Positions 34,036 through 47,174 are shown, numbered from the stretch's first letter. The stretch is DNA of 64,000 nucleotides from Thiotrichales bacterium (GCA_947478175.1 CANJUQ010000007.1:10364-74363), one strand, 5' to 3'. The notes: generated from the sequence alone by a model not told the origin. Numbers and translations are program-made.

Positions 34036-35808
34036 TTACCGACGCCCACCGTGACTAGACCCGCAGTCGCGCGTAGAAACTCCACCACTCGATGAAGAGC
34101 TATGCCGTCCCCCACCTGATGAATAAGATCCATTGCCTCCTCGAGCATTGTGATCTGATCTCGAAGCCAAAACTTGTCCAAAAGTAACCGCACTAGAATA
34201 ATCTCGTGCCACACGATCTAAGCAAGTTGACCTGGTCCCTCGAATCTCTGAAGCCATTAAAGATTGCTGTCTAATATCATAAGTTGCTCTGGCAGCTTCA
34301 CTCTGCGCACTAGCCCTATTTAAAGTAGTCATGGCATTGCCCATGGCTTCCGTTCGAGCGAGGCTTGTTGCTGCTGTCGTTGTCGCTACACGACCCAGGC
34401 AATTTGTCGCCCTTGGCAAGGATAAAGCAACCTCACGGCAAACAGGGGCTGGAGAAAAATGCGAAGCACTGGCTGGGCGCACCGACAATATTCCTAATAC
34501 ACCCGTAACAGCGACCGATGCAGCAGCAGGGCTTTTAAAGACAGCCATCGTTAAAGCTCCCGCCATGACGGCCGCAACCGCATGAGGAACAGAGGCCTCC
34601 CGAATTAAATCTAACACTGAAGGCGTGACTGATTGTTGACTCTCAGCCTGTCTAGCATTGGATGCAGCGATAGAATCAATCGCACGTGCTTGTGGCATGG
34701 GTCCATATAAATTGACGGAAACCAAGCTTCTGGGTTCAGGCAGATTTTGGTGCCCCTGAATGGCTTGAGAAGCGGTAGAGCGCTGAGAAGTTTTTGGCGC
34801 CTGAGCTTTAGTTTTTGCAAGAACGGTCTTGACGGGTGCTGGTATGGGCGTAATCGAAGCATGCGGTCTAGCTGGTTCTGGCATCGGCGTAATCAAAGCA
34901 TGCGGTCTAGCCGGTTCTGGCATCGGCGTTATATAAACCGTTGCCTGCCGAACATGTGCTTGAAACCCTGGCGCTTGGACTGGTGCGATGTCTGGAATTG
35001 GAAAGCCAGCCACTGCCGCTTTTTCAGAACCTGCACCTCCATGAACAGAACGAAGATCAGACACGGAACAAGCTTCACCTGCAGGTGCAGCGGGGAGTCT
35101 TGCCTGACTTTCTTCCTGACTTTTTGCCTGTGCTTCAGCGGCTTGCCCAAGCAATTTTGTTAAGGCTTCTTTTTCTTTTTGCAGCTGTTCTGCATATCGA
35201 TCTCTACCTTCTGCTACTTCAACATCAGGATGAGCCGCCAGCCCAGCTTCTATTGCTTGAAGTGTTTCTTCAAAATTTTTAATACTCTCTCGAAGGGCTT
35301 GAACCTCCGCCGCTGCGGCAGGGGAGAATTTTTGAATTTCGTTTAAAAGTTTTTGTTGTGTGTCTTGAATATTTTTTTCAACTTGCCTGATGGCTTTTTC
35401 ATTCTCATGGTCAGTGCCTCTGGCAGGACGTTTTTCTAAAAGACCTTGGTGTATTTTGTCGAAGATTCGAAGCGTGTTTGCTTGCTGCGCAATGGGGGTG
35501 GTTTCAATGGGAGAAAGATAAGGGGCTCTTTGGGCGGGGCTAGGAAAAAGTGAGGCGCTTGTCCTTGCCTCAGCAGTCAGTTCCCATTCTTTTAGCATTT
35601 CTTCTCTGATGGGCTCCAGTTCAGCATCAATTTTCTCGATGGCTTCCCTGGTTCTCCTGATCTCGTTAGGGTTTATGTTTTGCGGGGGTATAAAAGGATT
35701 TCTCTGCTCTAAATCCCAAAGTTTTTCCCCCAACTTAAGTCTTTTTCTATAAAGTTCCCTCATGCGGGTAGGCCAATCAGATTCAGATTCGATTTCTACG
35801 CCACTCAT
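34036..35808 (-). CDS. Hypothetical 590-aa effector-like protein with a coiled-coil N-terminal half, a Pro/Ala-rich repeat region, one hydrophobic segment and a Gly/Ser-rich C-terminus
   Basis: A long ORF in a visibly GC-richer segment. It has a 39-bp x2 repeat encoding ITPMPEPARPHA(L/S). Its start overlaps the stop of the upstream ankyrin gene (TAATG). Confidence 0.65.
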   Translation of the reverse strand: MSGVEIESESDWPTRMRELYRKRLKLGEKLWDLEQRNPFIPPQNINPNEIRRTREAIEKIDAELEPIREEMLKEWELTAEARTSASLFPSPAQRAPYLSPIETTPIAQQANTLRIFDKIHQGLLEKRPARGTDHENEKAIRQVEKNIQDTQQKLLNEIQKFSPAAAAEVQALRESIKNFEETLQAIEAGLAAHPDVEVAEGRDRYAEQLQKEKEALTKLLGQAAEAQAKSQEESQARLPAAPAGEACSVSDLRSVHGGAGSEKAAVAGFPIPDIAPVQAPGFQAHVRQATVYITPMPEPARPHALITPMPEPARPHASITPIPAPVKTVLAKTKAQAPKTSQRSTASQAIQGHQNLPEPRSLVSVNLYGPMPQARAIDSIAASNARQAESQQSVTPSVLDLIREASVPHAVAAVMAGALTMAVFKSPAAASVAVTGVLGILSVRPASASHFSPAPVCREVALSLPRATNCLGRVATTTAATSLARTEAMGNAMTTLNRASAQSEAARATYDIRQQSLMASEIRGTRSTCLDRVARDYSSAVTFGQVLASRSDHNARGGNGSYSSGGGRHSSSSSGGVSTRDCGSSHGGRR

Positions 35809-37199
35809 TATTTTCTTACTCCCATTGGATTATTTAAAACTGGATCTAAAGCTGCCGCTCCTGCGTTGGCTGCTTCTCGATCTCTCAACACCGCCAAAAA
35901 TGGCATCGGCGAAATCAATCTTCGACTTTCTAAATTGCCACAAAGTTGGGTCATCATTTGCATTAACATTAATCGCTCTTGCCGTGAGTGTTCGAGTTCA
36001 TCCGCCAATAGGCCTCTTTCTCGACGAGCGTCGTCTAGCTCAATTGCCATCGCTTGAATCGCCCCTCGCATTCCCTCACGTTCAATCGCAGCTTCTTCTC
36101 GTAAAGAACGCGCCGATTCATCGACGGCCATGACATATTCCCGAACGACGGCGAGTTCTTGGTTAAGTTTTGTGCCGTAATCAATCCCCAATGCTTTTAG
36201 ATCTACTGTTAAAATATTGACTCCAGGAATAAAAATTAATCTTTGAACCAACTCTTTATTTTCTGCACTCGCAGCCAGTTCTAATGCTGTTTTGTTAGCT
36301 TTGTTTTTATGCTGATAAAATTTTTCTCGTTTTTCAGCATCAGGTTCTAATTTAAAAACCAGTTTCACAATTGCTTGAAAAAAATCGACTTGCTTCACGG
36401 GTGAATCTTTCAGACAAGCCAAGACATGCAATAACGTATTGCCGTTTCTATCCAGGGTCATTAAATCCAGCCTGCGATCTTGAAGTAAATAAGTCAGAAT
36501 TTTTTTGTGTAAACCCAAGACCGCATAATGCAAAGCAGTTAAACCCGCTAACACTTCATAAAAATTAGACTGATCTTGTTTCAATAGTGCTTCATTAGAA
36601 TCCTCAGAAAGAGCATCTATTAATTCTTGGCAATTAAATAAAGCAGCGATATGCGAGGCCTCTGTATATCTATGAGACTCAGGAAGATCTCTGTTTAAAT
36701 TTAAATCAACGGCTCTGAAAAAAGAAAATTTCCAAGATGATGAGGGATAGGAATATCGCCCTCCTGAATAAGCTTTAACGTAAGAGCTGGGAATAGGATG
36801 GGTATACAAAAGACACTGATGCTCAGGTAAATCAAAAAAACGACCCCGAAAACCGGATTCTTTAAGACTTAATAAATATCGTCCCCAGTCACTTTCTGGA
36901 GAATCTTGTAATGAAAAATCAGCCCCTTTCATCACAGCCTGAGAAGGCTCTAAGGTATGCAAGCAGTGCAAATCGAAACTAGTTTTGAGTTGTAACTCTG
37001 GAGTTGGAATAAATTCGCTTAGCCAATTTCTAAAATCTAAATCTGTTGGCTTAACGCCATAGCGCAAAGCGGCTCCCAAAATATCAGCCTCAGGAGCACG
37101 AGGAGGTATTACTGAGCAGGCAAATCTGTATTTATCATGCCCTCTTAAAAAAGCAGCCACGTAGTCTTTATTAAATTCCCAGTGTCTTGGTCCTGACAT
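35808..37199 (-). CDS. Ankyrin-repeat protein with a C-terminal coiled coil (effector-like), 463 aa
   Basis: Ankyrin-like repeats are present (GLTALHYAVLGLHKKILTYLLQ, DRNGNTLLHVLA, NKTALELAASAENKELVQRL). The C-terminus is E/R/A-rich and helical. Confidence 0.7.
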   Translation of the reverse strand: MSGPRHWEFNKDYVAAFLRGHDKYRFACSVIPPRAPEADILGAALRYGVKPTDLDFRNWLSEFIPTPELQLKTSFDLHCLHTLEPSQAVMKGADFSLQDSPESDWGRYLLSLKESGFRGRFFDLPEHQCLLYTHPIPSSYVKAYSGGRYSYPSSSWKFSFFRAVDLNLNRDLPESHRYTEASHIAALFNCQELIDALSEDSNEALLKQDQSNFYEVLAGLTALHYAVLGLHKKILTYLLQDRRLDLMTLDRNGNTLLHVLACLKDSPVKQVDFFQAIVKLVFKLEPDAEKREKFYQHKNKANKTALELAASAENKELVQRLIFIPGVNILTVDLKALGIDYGTKLNQELAVVREYVMAVDESARSLREEAAIEREGMRGAIQAMAIELDDARRERGLLADELEHSRQERLMLMQMMTQLCGNLESRRLISPMPFLAVLRDREAANAGAAALDPVLNNPMGVRK

Positions 37200-37417
37200 A
37201 AAAAATCCACCCCATTTTAAAATTAGGGGCAGATGCTACTTAAAAATTTCAATAATAAAAATAGAATAAAAACCCTTAGATTTATTAAAAAATATTTTCG
37301 AGTATTGAATCAAGTATTGAATCAAGCGTGGAATTTTCTTGAGCCATTCGTTCTTCCTGAGATAGAATCCCGCTGCAATTTTTAGGCCCTCTAAATTTAA
37401 AAAAGTAGTGAAATACG

Positions 37418-38077
37418 ATGTCTATTTTATCTTCATCTTCATCTGTTATCCCTCCAAGAAAAACTCAAGCACGCACTTTGCATACGCAAGAAAAAATCAA
37501 GCATGCCGCCAGAGTGTTATTTGTTCAGCATGGTTTTGATGGGACATCCATGGGGGATGTCGCCGATAAAGCTGAAATAAATCAAAGTTTGATTCACCAT
37601 CATTTTGGATCTAAGCAAGCTTTATGGAATGTCATTCGAGATGAAATCTATGAGGGTTATATTCACGCTGCTTTAGAATTTCTATCTCAAGAAACAGCGG
37701 TGGATATACAAACTCAAATCAAAAGCATTTTGGCGATGCGGTTTGATTTTTTACAAAAGCATCCTGATCTGGCTCGCATCATGGCCTGGCAAACACTCAG
37801 CGGCATGCCCGCTTCGACGTCTTCTGACAATGGCATGTCAGCCATGCAAAAAGTGTTAGAAAGACTGGGGAAAGCTCAGGCCGCTGGACAGCTTTCAAAA
37901 CAAATTTCACCTCAGATGCTTGCTGTAATTGTTTTTGTTACGACGATTGGATGGTTCCAAAATGACTATCGTTGGTTATTTCAAGGAAGCCCTGAAGGGG
38001 TGTTGCCAGCCCAGGCGTTAGATCAATTATATTTAGATAACTTGACGCAAGTTATTTTGAAAGGGGTCCTGGGTTAA
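37418..38077 (+). CDS. TetR/AcrR-family transcriptional regulator
   Basis: The N-terminal HTH reads IKHAARVLFVQHGFDGTSMGDVADKAEINQSLIHHHFGSK. Confidence 0.88.
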   Translation: MSILSSSSSVIPPRKTQARTLHTQEKIKHAARVLFVQHGFDGTSMGDVADKAEINQSLIHHHFGSKQALWNVIRDEIYEGYIHAALEFLSQETAVDIQTQIKSILAMRFDFLQKHPDLARIMAWQTLSGMPASTSSDNGMSAMQKVLERLGKAQAAGQLSKQISPQMLAVIVFVTTIGWFQNDYRWLFQGSPEGVLPAQALDQLYLDNLTQVILKGVLG

Positions 38078-38152
38078 ATTTCTCATAGACGCCTATAGAT
38101 CTCTGTGCTTAAATCCGCGGCCTTTTGGTTTGGGATAAGAGGGATGAGTTCC

Positions 38153-39130
38153 ATGGAAAAATTAGAATTGATTATCTCGATTGCGGGGCTAGCCATTATT
38201 TTGATGGGCTTGCTGGGATATTTATTTTTACAATCTCGAGTTTCGCAAAAGAAAATAGAACCTGCACAATCTTCTGAAGATATTTCAACGCAGATTCCTA
38301 CCCAGGCCAGTATTGACCCTATTGTCATGACCGCAGGGACTGAAGAACCCAAGAAAGCCAAAGAAGATTTTTCTACTCAAGAGCCCATCAGTCCTGTTTT
38401 AAAAACACCCGGGAATTTGACTGATTTGAATTTAAGTCATGACTCAAATATTGATATGTCAGAAGAGATGCTGGAACAACTCCAATCAGAAATTTCGGCT
38501 GCTTCGCGCTTGGCTGTTCAAGCAGGTCCAACGGGTCAAACAGCTCAAACAGCTCAAACAGCTCAAACGGGTGGACGTGCGGTTCAGGATCCGTTTTCTA
38601 ATGGCCAATGGTCTGAAATTGTCAAAAAGACGTTTAAACAACGGACAGATTTAAATCAGCAAAAAGTCTCTGACAGGCAACGTCGTTTGAAAGGCTTTGT
38701 AATTATCCATGTCATGGCACCTCAGGGTTTGTCTTTTTATGGCGGTGATGTTTTAGAAGTTTTAACTAACTTGGGTTTGCGTTTTGGTGAGCAACAGATT
38801 TTTCATAAATTTAATGATCAGGGCCAAAAATTATTTTCAATTTCTCAAGCCGTCGAGCCCGGTTGGTTTGATATTAATAATATGACTTTGATTTCAACCA
38901 AGGGTCTTTCTTGCTTTTTTGATTTAGCCAGCGCGCCTAATCCAAAACAGGCATTCCGTGGTTTATTAGCCTGTGTCCATGAGTTGGCGCATTACTTAAG
39001 AGCAGAAATTCTGGACGAAAATCATCAGCTATTAACTCAGGAAGCCATCGCTAAAATTTTAAAAAGAATTAAATCGGATGAAGTCGGGGTTGGGATTGCG
39101 CAAGGTCAGGTTGAAACGACTGAGGTTTAA
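38153..39130 (+). CDS. zipA: Cell division protein ZipA
   Basis: Has an N-terminal TM anchor (LELIISIAGLAIILMGLLGYLF), a P/Q/T-rich linker with a TAQTAQTAQ repeat, and a C-terminal ZipA_C-like domain (FVIIHVMAP....F.G..L...L...GLRFGE..IFHK). It lies immediately upstream of ligA, as in other gammaproteobacteria. Confidence 0.85.
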   Translation: MEKLELIISIAGLAIILMGLLGYLFLQSRVSQKKIEPAQSSEDISTQIPTQASIDPIVMTAGTEEPKKAKEDFSTQEPISPVLKTPGNLTDLNLSHDSNIDMSEEMLEQLQSEISAASRLAVQAGPTGQTAQTAQTAQTGGRAVQDPFSNGQWSEIVKKTFKQRTDLNQQKVSDRQRRLKGFVIIHVMAPQGLSFYGGDVLEVLTNLGLRFGEQQIFHKFNDQGQKLFSISQAVEPGWFDINNMTLISTKGLSCFFDLASAPNPKQAFRGLLACVHELAHYLRAEILDENHQLLTQEAIAKILKRIKSDEVGVGIAQGQVETTEV

Positions 39131-39162
39131 AATTTTTATTAACCCTCTTCTGGTGGGTTTTC

Positions 39163-41311
<2,149 letters not shown>

Positions 41312-41321
41312 ATAGAGAAAA

Positions 41322-42140
41322 ATGGAAAAAAATAATACTGACCGGGTGCTTGAAAAAGGACTCAAGGGTGATTTTGATTTACCCGTTCGAGCTGTATTTT
41401 CTGAAGCTTGGAAAAACGTCAAAGGGATTAAATCGATTATTTTTACGAGTGAGATTTATACTTGTTTGATAGTCTTTTTAGTCATGCTCGTAGCCTTGCT
41501 GTTGGCTATTTTTATGGGAAGTCTTTTAGGGCCACTTAAAGATTTATTTAACTTTGTCGGGGGGCTTGTTTCTGGGGCCGTCATGATTTGTGCAGTGGCT
41601 TTTTTAAATCGTACCGCCATTAGAAAATTAGTGGGGAAAGAGATTACAGCGCGACATTTTTTTAAGCCTTATGTGTATTTCTGGGAAGCTTTAGTTTTAT
41701 ATGTTTTTAATATTCTGGTGCTGGTCCCCATTGTTCTTCTCTTTTTTGTTTTTGCTTTACTCGCCGTTGTTTTAACGGGAGGCGGTATTTCTATCGCGAC
41801 TAGTTTTTCATGGGGTCATGCCCATAGTAATCTGGGTCTTTGGATGCATTTAGTGATCGGCCTGGATTTAGTGATTTGCTATTTGATTTACAGCTTTTTC
41901 ACGACGCTGTTTCAATTAGTTATTCCTGTGGCGATGGATAAAAAAATCAAAGTGCGTTTGGCCTTGAGATTTTTATTTAAAGCTTTTAGCAAAAAGTTTT
42001 TTTCTATAATTTTAATTAATTTTTTAAGTTTATTAATTATTTTAATCAGCGTGATTCCCATTGGACTAGGCCTAATTTGGAGCCTGCCGTTGGCGTTTAG
42101 TTTAAATGCCGTGATTTATAAAAGGGCGCTGGGGATTTAG
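41322..42140 (+). CDS. Polytopic membrane protein, hypothetical
   Basis: A 272-aa protein with about 6 hydrophobic segments. I recognise no motif. Confidence 0.55.
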   Translation: MEKNNTDRVLEKGLKGDFDLPVRAVFSEAWKNVKGIKSIIFTSEIYTCLIVFLVMLVALLLAIFMGSLLGPLKDLFNFVGGLVSGAVMICAVAFLNRTAIRKLVGKEITARHFFKPYVYFWEALVLYVFNILVLVPIVLLFFVFALLAVVLTGGGISIATSFSWGHAHSNLGLWMHLVIGLDLVICYLIYSFFTTLFQLVIPVAMDKKIKVRLALRFLFKAFSKKFFSIILINFLSLLIILISVIPIGLGLIWSLPLAFSLNAVIYKRALGI

Positions 42141-44983
42141 ATTAATAGAGGTTTTAAAAATTTCCCTGTCACAGATTTTGGATTCCCTGCAATTTTCTCT
42201 GGGGATCCCACGGCAATAATTTCTCCACCTCTAGATCCACCTTCAGGACCCAGATCAATGACATAATCGGCTGTTTTTATAACATCTAAATTATGCTCAA
42301 TAATCACCAGAGTATTGCCCTTGTCTCTGAGATCATGCAAAACCGTTAATAACTGCCTGACATCTTCAAAGTGAAGTCCTGTTGTGGGTTCATCGAGAAT
42401 ATAAAGTGTCTGACCTGTATCTCTTCTGGCCAGTTCTTTCGAGAGTTTCACTCGCTGAGCTTCACCGCCTGATAGCGTCGTCGCGCGTTGGCCCAAGGTG
42501 ATATAAGACAGGCCGACATGTATGAGAGTCTCAAGTTTTCTATAGATACTGGGAATATTTTTAAAAAACTCAGCAGCGTCTTCTACCGTCATTTCTAAGA
42601 CTTCATGAATGTTTTTATTTTTGAATTTAACTTCCAGCGTCTCGCGGTTATATCGCTGGGCTTTACAGGTATCACAAGTGACATAGACGTCTGGTAAAAA
42701 ATGCATTTCGACTTTAATAACCCCATCGCCTTGGCACGCTTCGCAACGACCGCCTTTGACGTTAAAGCTAAAGCGACCGGGTTTATAACCCCGAACTCGG
42801 GCTTCTTCAGTGTCTGAGAATAAATCTCGAATATCAGCAAATAATCCGACATAAGTCGCTGGGTTAGATCTTGGGGTTCGCCCAATGGGGCTTTGATCTA
42901 TATCAACGACTTTATCTAAATGATTTAAGCCAGAAATACTGTCATAGGGTGCAGGCGTAAGAGTGCTCGCGCCATTGAGTTCAGTGGCTGCAATGGGATA
43001 CAGCGTGTCATTAATTAAAGTGGACTTTCCAGACCCAGAGACCCCTGTAATACAAGTGAATAAGCCAATGGGGATTTGAACATCTAGATTTTTTAAATTA
43101 TTACCCCGGGCGCCTTTGATATGAATCGCTGCGACAGGGTTAAATATTTTTCTTTGTTTGGGAATATGGATTTGTCTGATTTTTTTTAAGTATTGACCCG
43201 TAATAGATTCAGCTGTGTTTTCGATATCTTCGGGTGTCCCTTGGGCAATGATTCTCCCACCATGAACCCCAGCGCCAGGGCCAATATCTATCACATGGTC
43301 GGCAGCTCTTATGGTGTCTTCGTCATGCTCGACGACGATAACGGTGTTACCTAAATCTCTTAAGTGATAAAGGGTTTTGAGTAATCTTTCGTTGTCTCTC
43401 TGGTGTAACCCAATAGACGGCTCGTCTAAGACATACATGACGCCCACTAAGCCCGCACCAATCTGGCTGGCGAGTCTAATTCGCTGAGCTTCTCCACCAG
43501 AGAGAGTCTCAGCTTTTCGGGCTAAACAGAGATAATCCAGGCCAACGTTGACTAAGAATCCCAATCTTTCCTGAATTTCTTTTTGGACTTTTTCGGCAAT
43601 CTTAGCTTTCGAACCTTCCAAAGAAAGATTCTTGAAAAATTCATAGGCGTCTGAAATAGGCATTTCTGTGAGACTAGGCAAATTATGATTTTGTATGGTC
43701 ACAGCACAGGCGCCTGGTTTTAATCTTTTTCCATGGCAGACGGTGCATTCAGAGTGAGTCAAAAATTTTGAAAGCTCTTCTCGGATGGTCGCAGATTCAG
43801 CATCGTGATAACGGCGCTTGACGCTTTCTATAATGCCTTCGAAAGATTTTTCACTCTCAAATAAACTGCCTTTATGACTGACAAATTTGATTTTGATTTT
43901 TTCGCGGCCTGAGCCATGAAGAATAATATTTTGAGTTTTTTCGGGAAGTTCTTGAAAGGGCTGTTCTAAAGAAAATTGATAATGTTCAGAAAGAGACATC
44001 AGCTGATAGTAATAAAACATATTGGTTTTATTCCAGCCTCTAATAGCCCCTTGAGATAAAGAGAGGGTTTTATCATGAATAATTTTATTAGGGTCAAAAT
44101 ATTCTTCGACGCCTAATCCATCACAGCGTTCACAGGCGCCTTGAGGGCTATTAAAAGAAAACAATCTAGGTTCTAGCTCTTCTAGAGAATAACCACAGAG
44201 ATGGCAGGCATAATTAGCTGAGAAAACTAAGGGTGGGCTTTCTGGCGAGTCCATTAAAACAATATGAACAATGCCAGAAGTTAAATTCAAAGTATTTTCT
44301 AAGGACTCAGCCAGTCTTGAACGTAGATCTAGATTGTCAGCAGGAATTGGATTTTTAATTTTGATTCTGTCTATCACCACTTCGATGTTATGTTTTTTCT
44401 GAAGATCTAATTCGGGGGGTTCTGACAGCTCGTAGATTTCGCCATTAATTCTAGCTCTCACATAGCCTTGAGAAAGTAAATTCTGCATGAGCTGGACATG
44501 TTCACCTTTTTTATTTTGGACGATAGGCGCCAGGATCATGATCTTAGTTTCGTCAGGAAGATTTAATAATTTATCGACCATTTCAGAAATGGTCTGAGCT
44601 TGGAGTGTGGTTTGATGTTCTGGACAGTGGGGAGTTCCGACTCGGGCAAATAGTAATCTTAGATAATCATAAATTTCTGTAATGGTCCCCACGGTAGATC
44701 TGGGATTATGCGAGGTTGATTTTTGTTCAATAGAGATCGCTGGAGACAAGCCTTCAATATGATCAACGTCCGGCTTTTCCATCAAAGATAAAAATTGCCG
44801 GGCATAGGCGGATAAAGATTCAACATAGCGGCGCTGGCCTTCAGCATAGAGCGTGTCAAAAGCGAGAGAAGATTTTCCAGAGCCTGATAAACCCGTAATA
44901 ACAACAAATTGATTTCGGGGGAGGGTGACGTCAATATTTTTAAGGTTATGAGTCCGTGCGCCGCGAATGGAAATATGATCCAT
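42137..44983 (-). CDS. uvrA: Excinuclease ABC subunit A
   Basis: The N-terminus reads [12 protein letters not shown]....P......[16 protein letters not shown]. It has two ABC modules (LSGGEAQR x2) and Zn-finger Cys pairs. Length is 948 aa. Confidence 0.97.
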   Translation of the reverse strand: MDHISIRGARTHNLKNIDVTLPRNQFVVITGLSGSGKSSLAFDTLYAEGQRRYVESLSAYARQFLSLMEKPDVDHIEGLSPAISIEQKSTSHNPRSTVGTITEIYDYLRLLFARVGTPHCPEHQTTLQAQTISEMVDKLLNLPDETKIMILAPIVQNKKGEHVQLMQNLLSQGYVRARINGEIYELSEPPELDLQKKHNIEVVIDRIKIKNPIPADNLDLRSRLAESLENTLNLTSGIVHIVLMDSPESPPLVFSANYACHLCGYSLEELEPRLFSFNSPQGACERCDGLGVEEYFDPNKIIHDKTLSLSQGAIRGWNKTNMFYYYQLMSLSEHYQFSLEQPFQELPEKTQNIILHGSGREKIKIKFVSHKGSLFESEKSFEGIIESVKRRYHDAESATIREELSKFLTHSECTVCHGKRLKPGACAVTIQNHNLPSLTEMPISDAYEFFKNLSLEGSKAKIAEKVQKEIQERLGFLVNVGLDYLCLARKAETLSGGEAQRIRLASQIGAGLVGVMYVLDEPSIGLHQRDNERLLKTLYHLRDLGNTVIVVEHDEDTIRAADHVIDIGPGAGVHGGRIIAQGTPEDIENTAESITGQYLKKIRQIHIPKQRKIFNPVAAIHIKGARGNNLKNLDVQIPIGLFTCITGVSGSGKSTLINDTLYPIAATELNGASTLTPAPYDSISGLNHLDKVVDIDQSPIGRTPRSNPATYVGLFADIRDLFSDTEEARVRGYKPGRFSFNVKGGRCEACQGDGVIKVEMHFLPDVYVTCDTCKAQRYNRETLEVKFKNKNIHEVLEMTVEDAAEFFKNIPSIYRKLETLIHVGLSYITLGQRATTLSGGEAQRVKLSKELARRDTGQTLYILDEPTTGLHFEDVRQLLTVLHDLRDKGNTLVIIEHNLDVIKTADYVIDLGPEGGSRGGEIIAVGSPEKIAGNPKSVTGKFLKPLLI

Positions 44984-45075
44984 GAGAGTGAAATTCCCTT
45001 TTTCTTGTTTCTTGGTAAGCCTTGGGGGGTTGTGTATGATACCGGCCTTTTTGGTCGAAGCGAGTCAAAACTGTC

Positions 45076-46509
45076 ATGCCTTCAGAGAATAACGAGAATA
45101 ATCCACGGAATATTTCTATCCCATTGCCCTTAAGGTTAAGTAAGACTGAACGTCGCGTGACGTTTGATATTTCCAGAATATTCGCTTTTAGAATGCTGGG
45201 GTTATTCATGATCCTGCCGATTTTTAGTCTTTATGCAGAAGGTTTGACAGGGTCGACGCCTTTCTTAATTGGCATTGCTTTGGGAATCTACGGCTTTGCA
45301 TCAGCCATCATGCAGACTTTGATGGGAGTTTTGTCAGATAAATTAGGCCGTAAAAAAATCATTACTTTTGGTTTGTTTTTATTTTTAATTGGGTCAGTTA
45401 TTGCGGGAGCATCGCATTCCATAGAAGGCGTGATTGCTGGCCGTTGTTTACAGGGATTAGGGGCTATCGGAAGTAGCTTGTTAGCTTTGTTGGCAGATCA
45501 CACTCGCGAAGAAGTGAGATTCAAAGCCATGTCGATGATTGGTATGACGATTGGGCTGACTTTTATTTTATCCATGATTTTAGGGCCTGTACTAAGCCAG
45601 TTTATTGGCTTGTCCGGCATTTTTTATTTTATGGGAGTTTTGGCCTGTATTGGTTTATTAATTGTATGGTTTCGAATTCCTAGTTTAAAAAATTCAAAAA
45701 ATAAGAAAATAATTTTTCATGGTGATCAAGAATTTTCTAAAAAAGATTTTAAAAAAATCGCAGGGTCTTTTGAGCTCTGGAGATTAAATTTAGGGGTGTT
45801 TATTTTACATGCTGTATTAACAGGGACTTTTGTGATTTTGCCGTTGTTATTAGTTAAATCATTGGGGATGCCCTTAGATAAACAATGGGAGTTATATCTA
45901 CCTGTTTTGATTATTGCATTTGCCTTGATGTTTCCGTTTATTATCTGGAGCGAGAAAAAGAAAAAATTAAAAATCTTAATGATTGGCTCTGTGGGCTTAT
46001 TAGTTTTATTAGAGCTTGGATTTTTTTACGGAGCTGTCAGATCTTTTGGTTGGGTCGTTTTTTTATTAATTTTATTCTTTGCTGTTTTTACTTTATTAGA
46101 AGCTTCAATGCCCTCTTTAGTTTCTAAAATATCCCCTGGTAATGCGAAGGGAACGGCGATGGGGCTTTACGCGACGATGCAATTTTTAGGAATTTTTTTT
46201 GGAGGCGCTTTATCGGGCTATTTCTTGGGAGAAAATAAAATTCAGATGATTTTTCTAGGCGCAGCGGTTTTATGTTTTATTTGGTTTTTATTAGTTTTGA
46301 CTATGAAAAATCCGCCGCATTGGGCGACGAGACTAGTTAAGCTTAATCAAGTAAATGACGACGTAAAAAAATCTCTAGAAAAAATTGAAGGCGTCCATGA
46401 AGTCTCGATAGATCCTGAAGAAAATATAGCCTATCTGAAAGTGGACACTGCTGTCTTTGATGATGAAAAAATTTTTGGTTATTCTGAGAATCTCTTCGAA
46501 AAGAGATAA
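45076..46509 (+). CDS. MFS transporter with a soluble ~70-aa C-terminal ferredoxin-like (HMA-like, no CxxC) domain
   Basis: Has a 12-TM MFS pattern (GVLSDKLGRKK motif). The C-terminus is LVKLNQVNDDVKKSLEKIEGVHEVSIDPEENIAYLKVDTAVFDDEKI. The exact start is uncertain. Confidence 0.75.
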   Translation: MPSENNENNPRNISIPLPLRLSKTERRVTFDISRIFAFRMLGLFMILPIFSLYAEGLTGSTPFLIGIALGIYGFASAIMQTLMGVLSDKLGRKKIITFGLFLFLIGSVIAGASHSIEGVIAGRCLQGLGAIGSSLLALLADHTREEVRFKAMSMIGMTIGLTFILSMILGPVLSQFIGLSGIFYFMGVLACIGLLIVWFRIPSLKNSKNKKIIFHGDQEFSKKDFKKIAGSFELWRLNLGVFILHAVLTGTFVILPLLLVKSLGMPLDKQWELYLPVLIIAFALMFPFIIWSEKKKKLKILMIGSVGLLVLLELGFFYGAVRSFGWVVFLLILFFAVFTLLEASMPSLVSKISPGNAKGTAMGLYATMQFLGIFFGGALSGYFLGENKIQMIFLGAAVLCFIWFLLVLTMKNPPHWATRLVKLNQVNDDVKKSLEKIEGVHEVSIDPEENIAYLKVDTAVFDDEKIFGYSENLFEKR

Positions 46510-46525
46510 TTAATTTTTTGGTTTT

Positions 46526-46549
46526 GTAGGGGCGAAATTTATTGCGCCC
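46526..46549. repeat. REP-like palindrome GTAGGGGCGAAATTTATTGCGCCC
   Basis: Read directly. It is intergenic, upstream of ssb. Confidence 0.75.
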
Positions 46550-46582
46550 TTATGATTAGTTTTATTAATAGGGAGAAAAAAC

Positions 46583-47122
46583 ATGGCGAAAGGGACTGTT
46601 AACAAGGTCATTATTTTGGGACGGATGGGTGCTGACCCAGAAATGCGCTATATGCCGAGTGGCGCAGCCGTCGCGAATCTGCGCGTTGCGACTAATGATG
46701 GCTATAAAGACAAAACATCGGGTGAATATGTTGAAAGTACTGAGTGGCATCGAATTGTTTTGTTTGGAAAGCTGGCTGAAATTGCCGGTGAGTATTTAAA
46801 AAAGGGTCGCATGGTTTATATCGAAGGAAGGTTGAGAACCAATAAATGGACCGATCAAAGTGGCGCTGAGCGATATACCACAGAGATTGTCGCCAGTGAG
46901 ATGCAATTGATCGCAGGTGGTAATAATGGTGGCGGTAGTTCAGGTTCTGCTGGTGGGGAATCTAGTGGTGCGTCTTATCCACAAAATGCACCCGCTGCAA
47001 TAGCTTCTAATTCAACTTCACAAGCAACTAATGCTAGTTCTTCTAGTTCTATACCAGGCATGTCTGCACCAATGCCAACGATGGAATATGCCAAGTTTGA
47101 AGATGACGATATTCCGTTTTGA
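46583..47122 (+). CDS. ssb: Single-stranded DNA-binding protein
   Basis: Contains [24 protein letters not shown], a Gly/Ser-rich linker and the acidic tail DDDIPF. Confidence 0.97.
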   Translation: MAKGTVNKVIILGRMGADPEMRYMPSGAAVANLRVATNDGYKDKTSGEYVESTEWHRIVLFGKLAEIAGEYLKKGRMVYIEGRLRTNKWTDQSGAERYTTEIVASEMQLIAGGNNGGGSSGSAGGESSGASYPQNAPAAIASNSTSQATNASSSSSIPGMSAPMPTMEYAKFEDDDIPF

Positions 47123-47150
47123 TTAAAATATTTTTGATTAGATATTTTGT

Positions 47151-47174
47151 GTAGGGGCAGCCGGTGAGCTGCCC
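47151..47174. repeat. REP-like palindrome GTAGGGGCAGCCGGTGAGCTGCCC
   Basis: Read directly. It lies just downstream of ssb. Confidence 0.75.

Noticed and set aside
33939-34214. 91-aa minus-strand ORF crossing the right inverted repeat
   Set aside because: It is translated partly from the MITE arm and partly out of frame within the 590-aa gene, so it is an artefact.
34331-36133. Multiple 60-140-aa ORFs on both strands inside the GC-rich islet (34331-34585, 34747-35163, 34941-35282, 35762-36133, 35866-36057 and others)
   Set aside because: All overlap the two long minus-strand ORFs. Elevated GC reduces the number of stop codons and produces shadow ORFs. They encode Arg/Leu/Ser-rich nonsense-like sequences.
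45070-45085. LexA/SOS box between uvrA and the MFS gene (CTGTCATGCCTTCAGA)
   Set aside because: The second half-site is CAGA rather than ACAG and the flanks do not match TACTG-N10-CAGTA. It also lies at or inside the MFS start codon.
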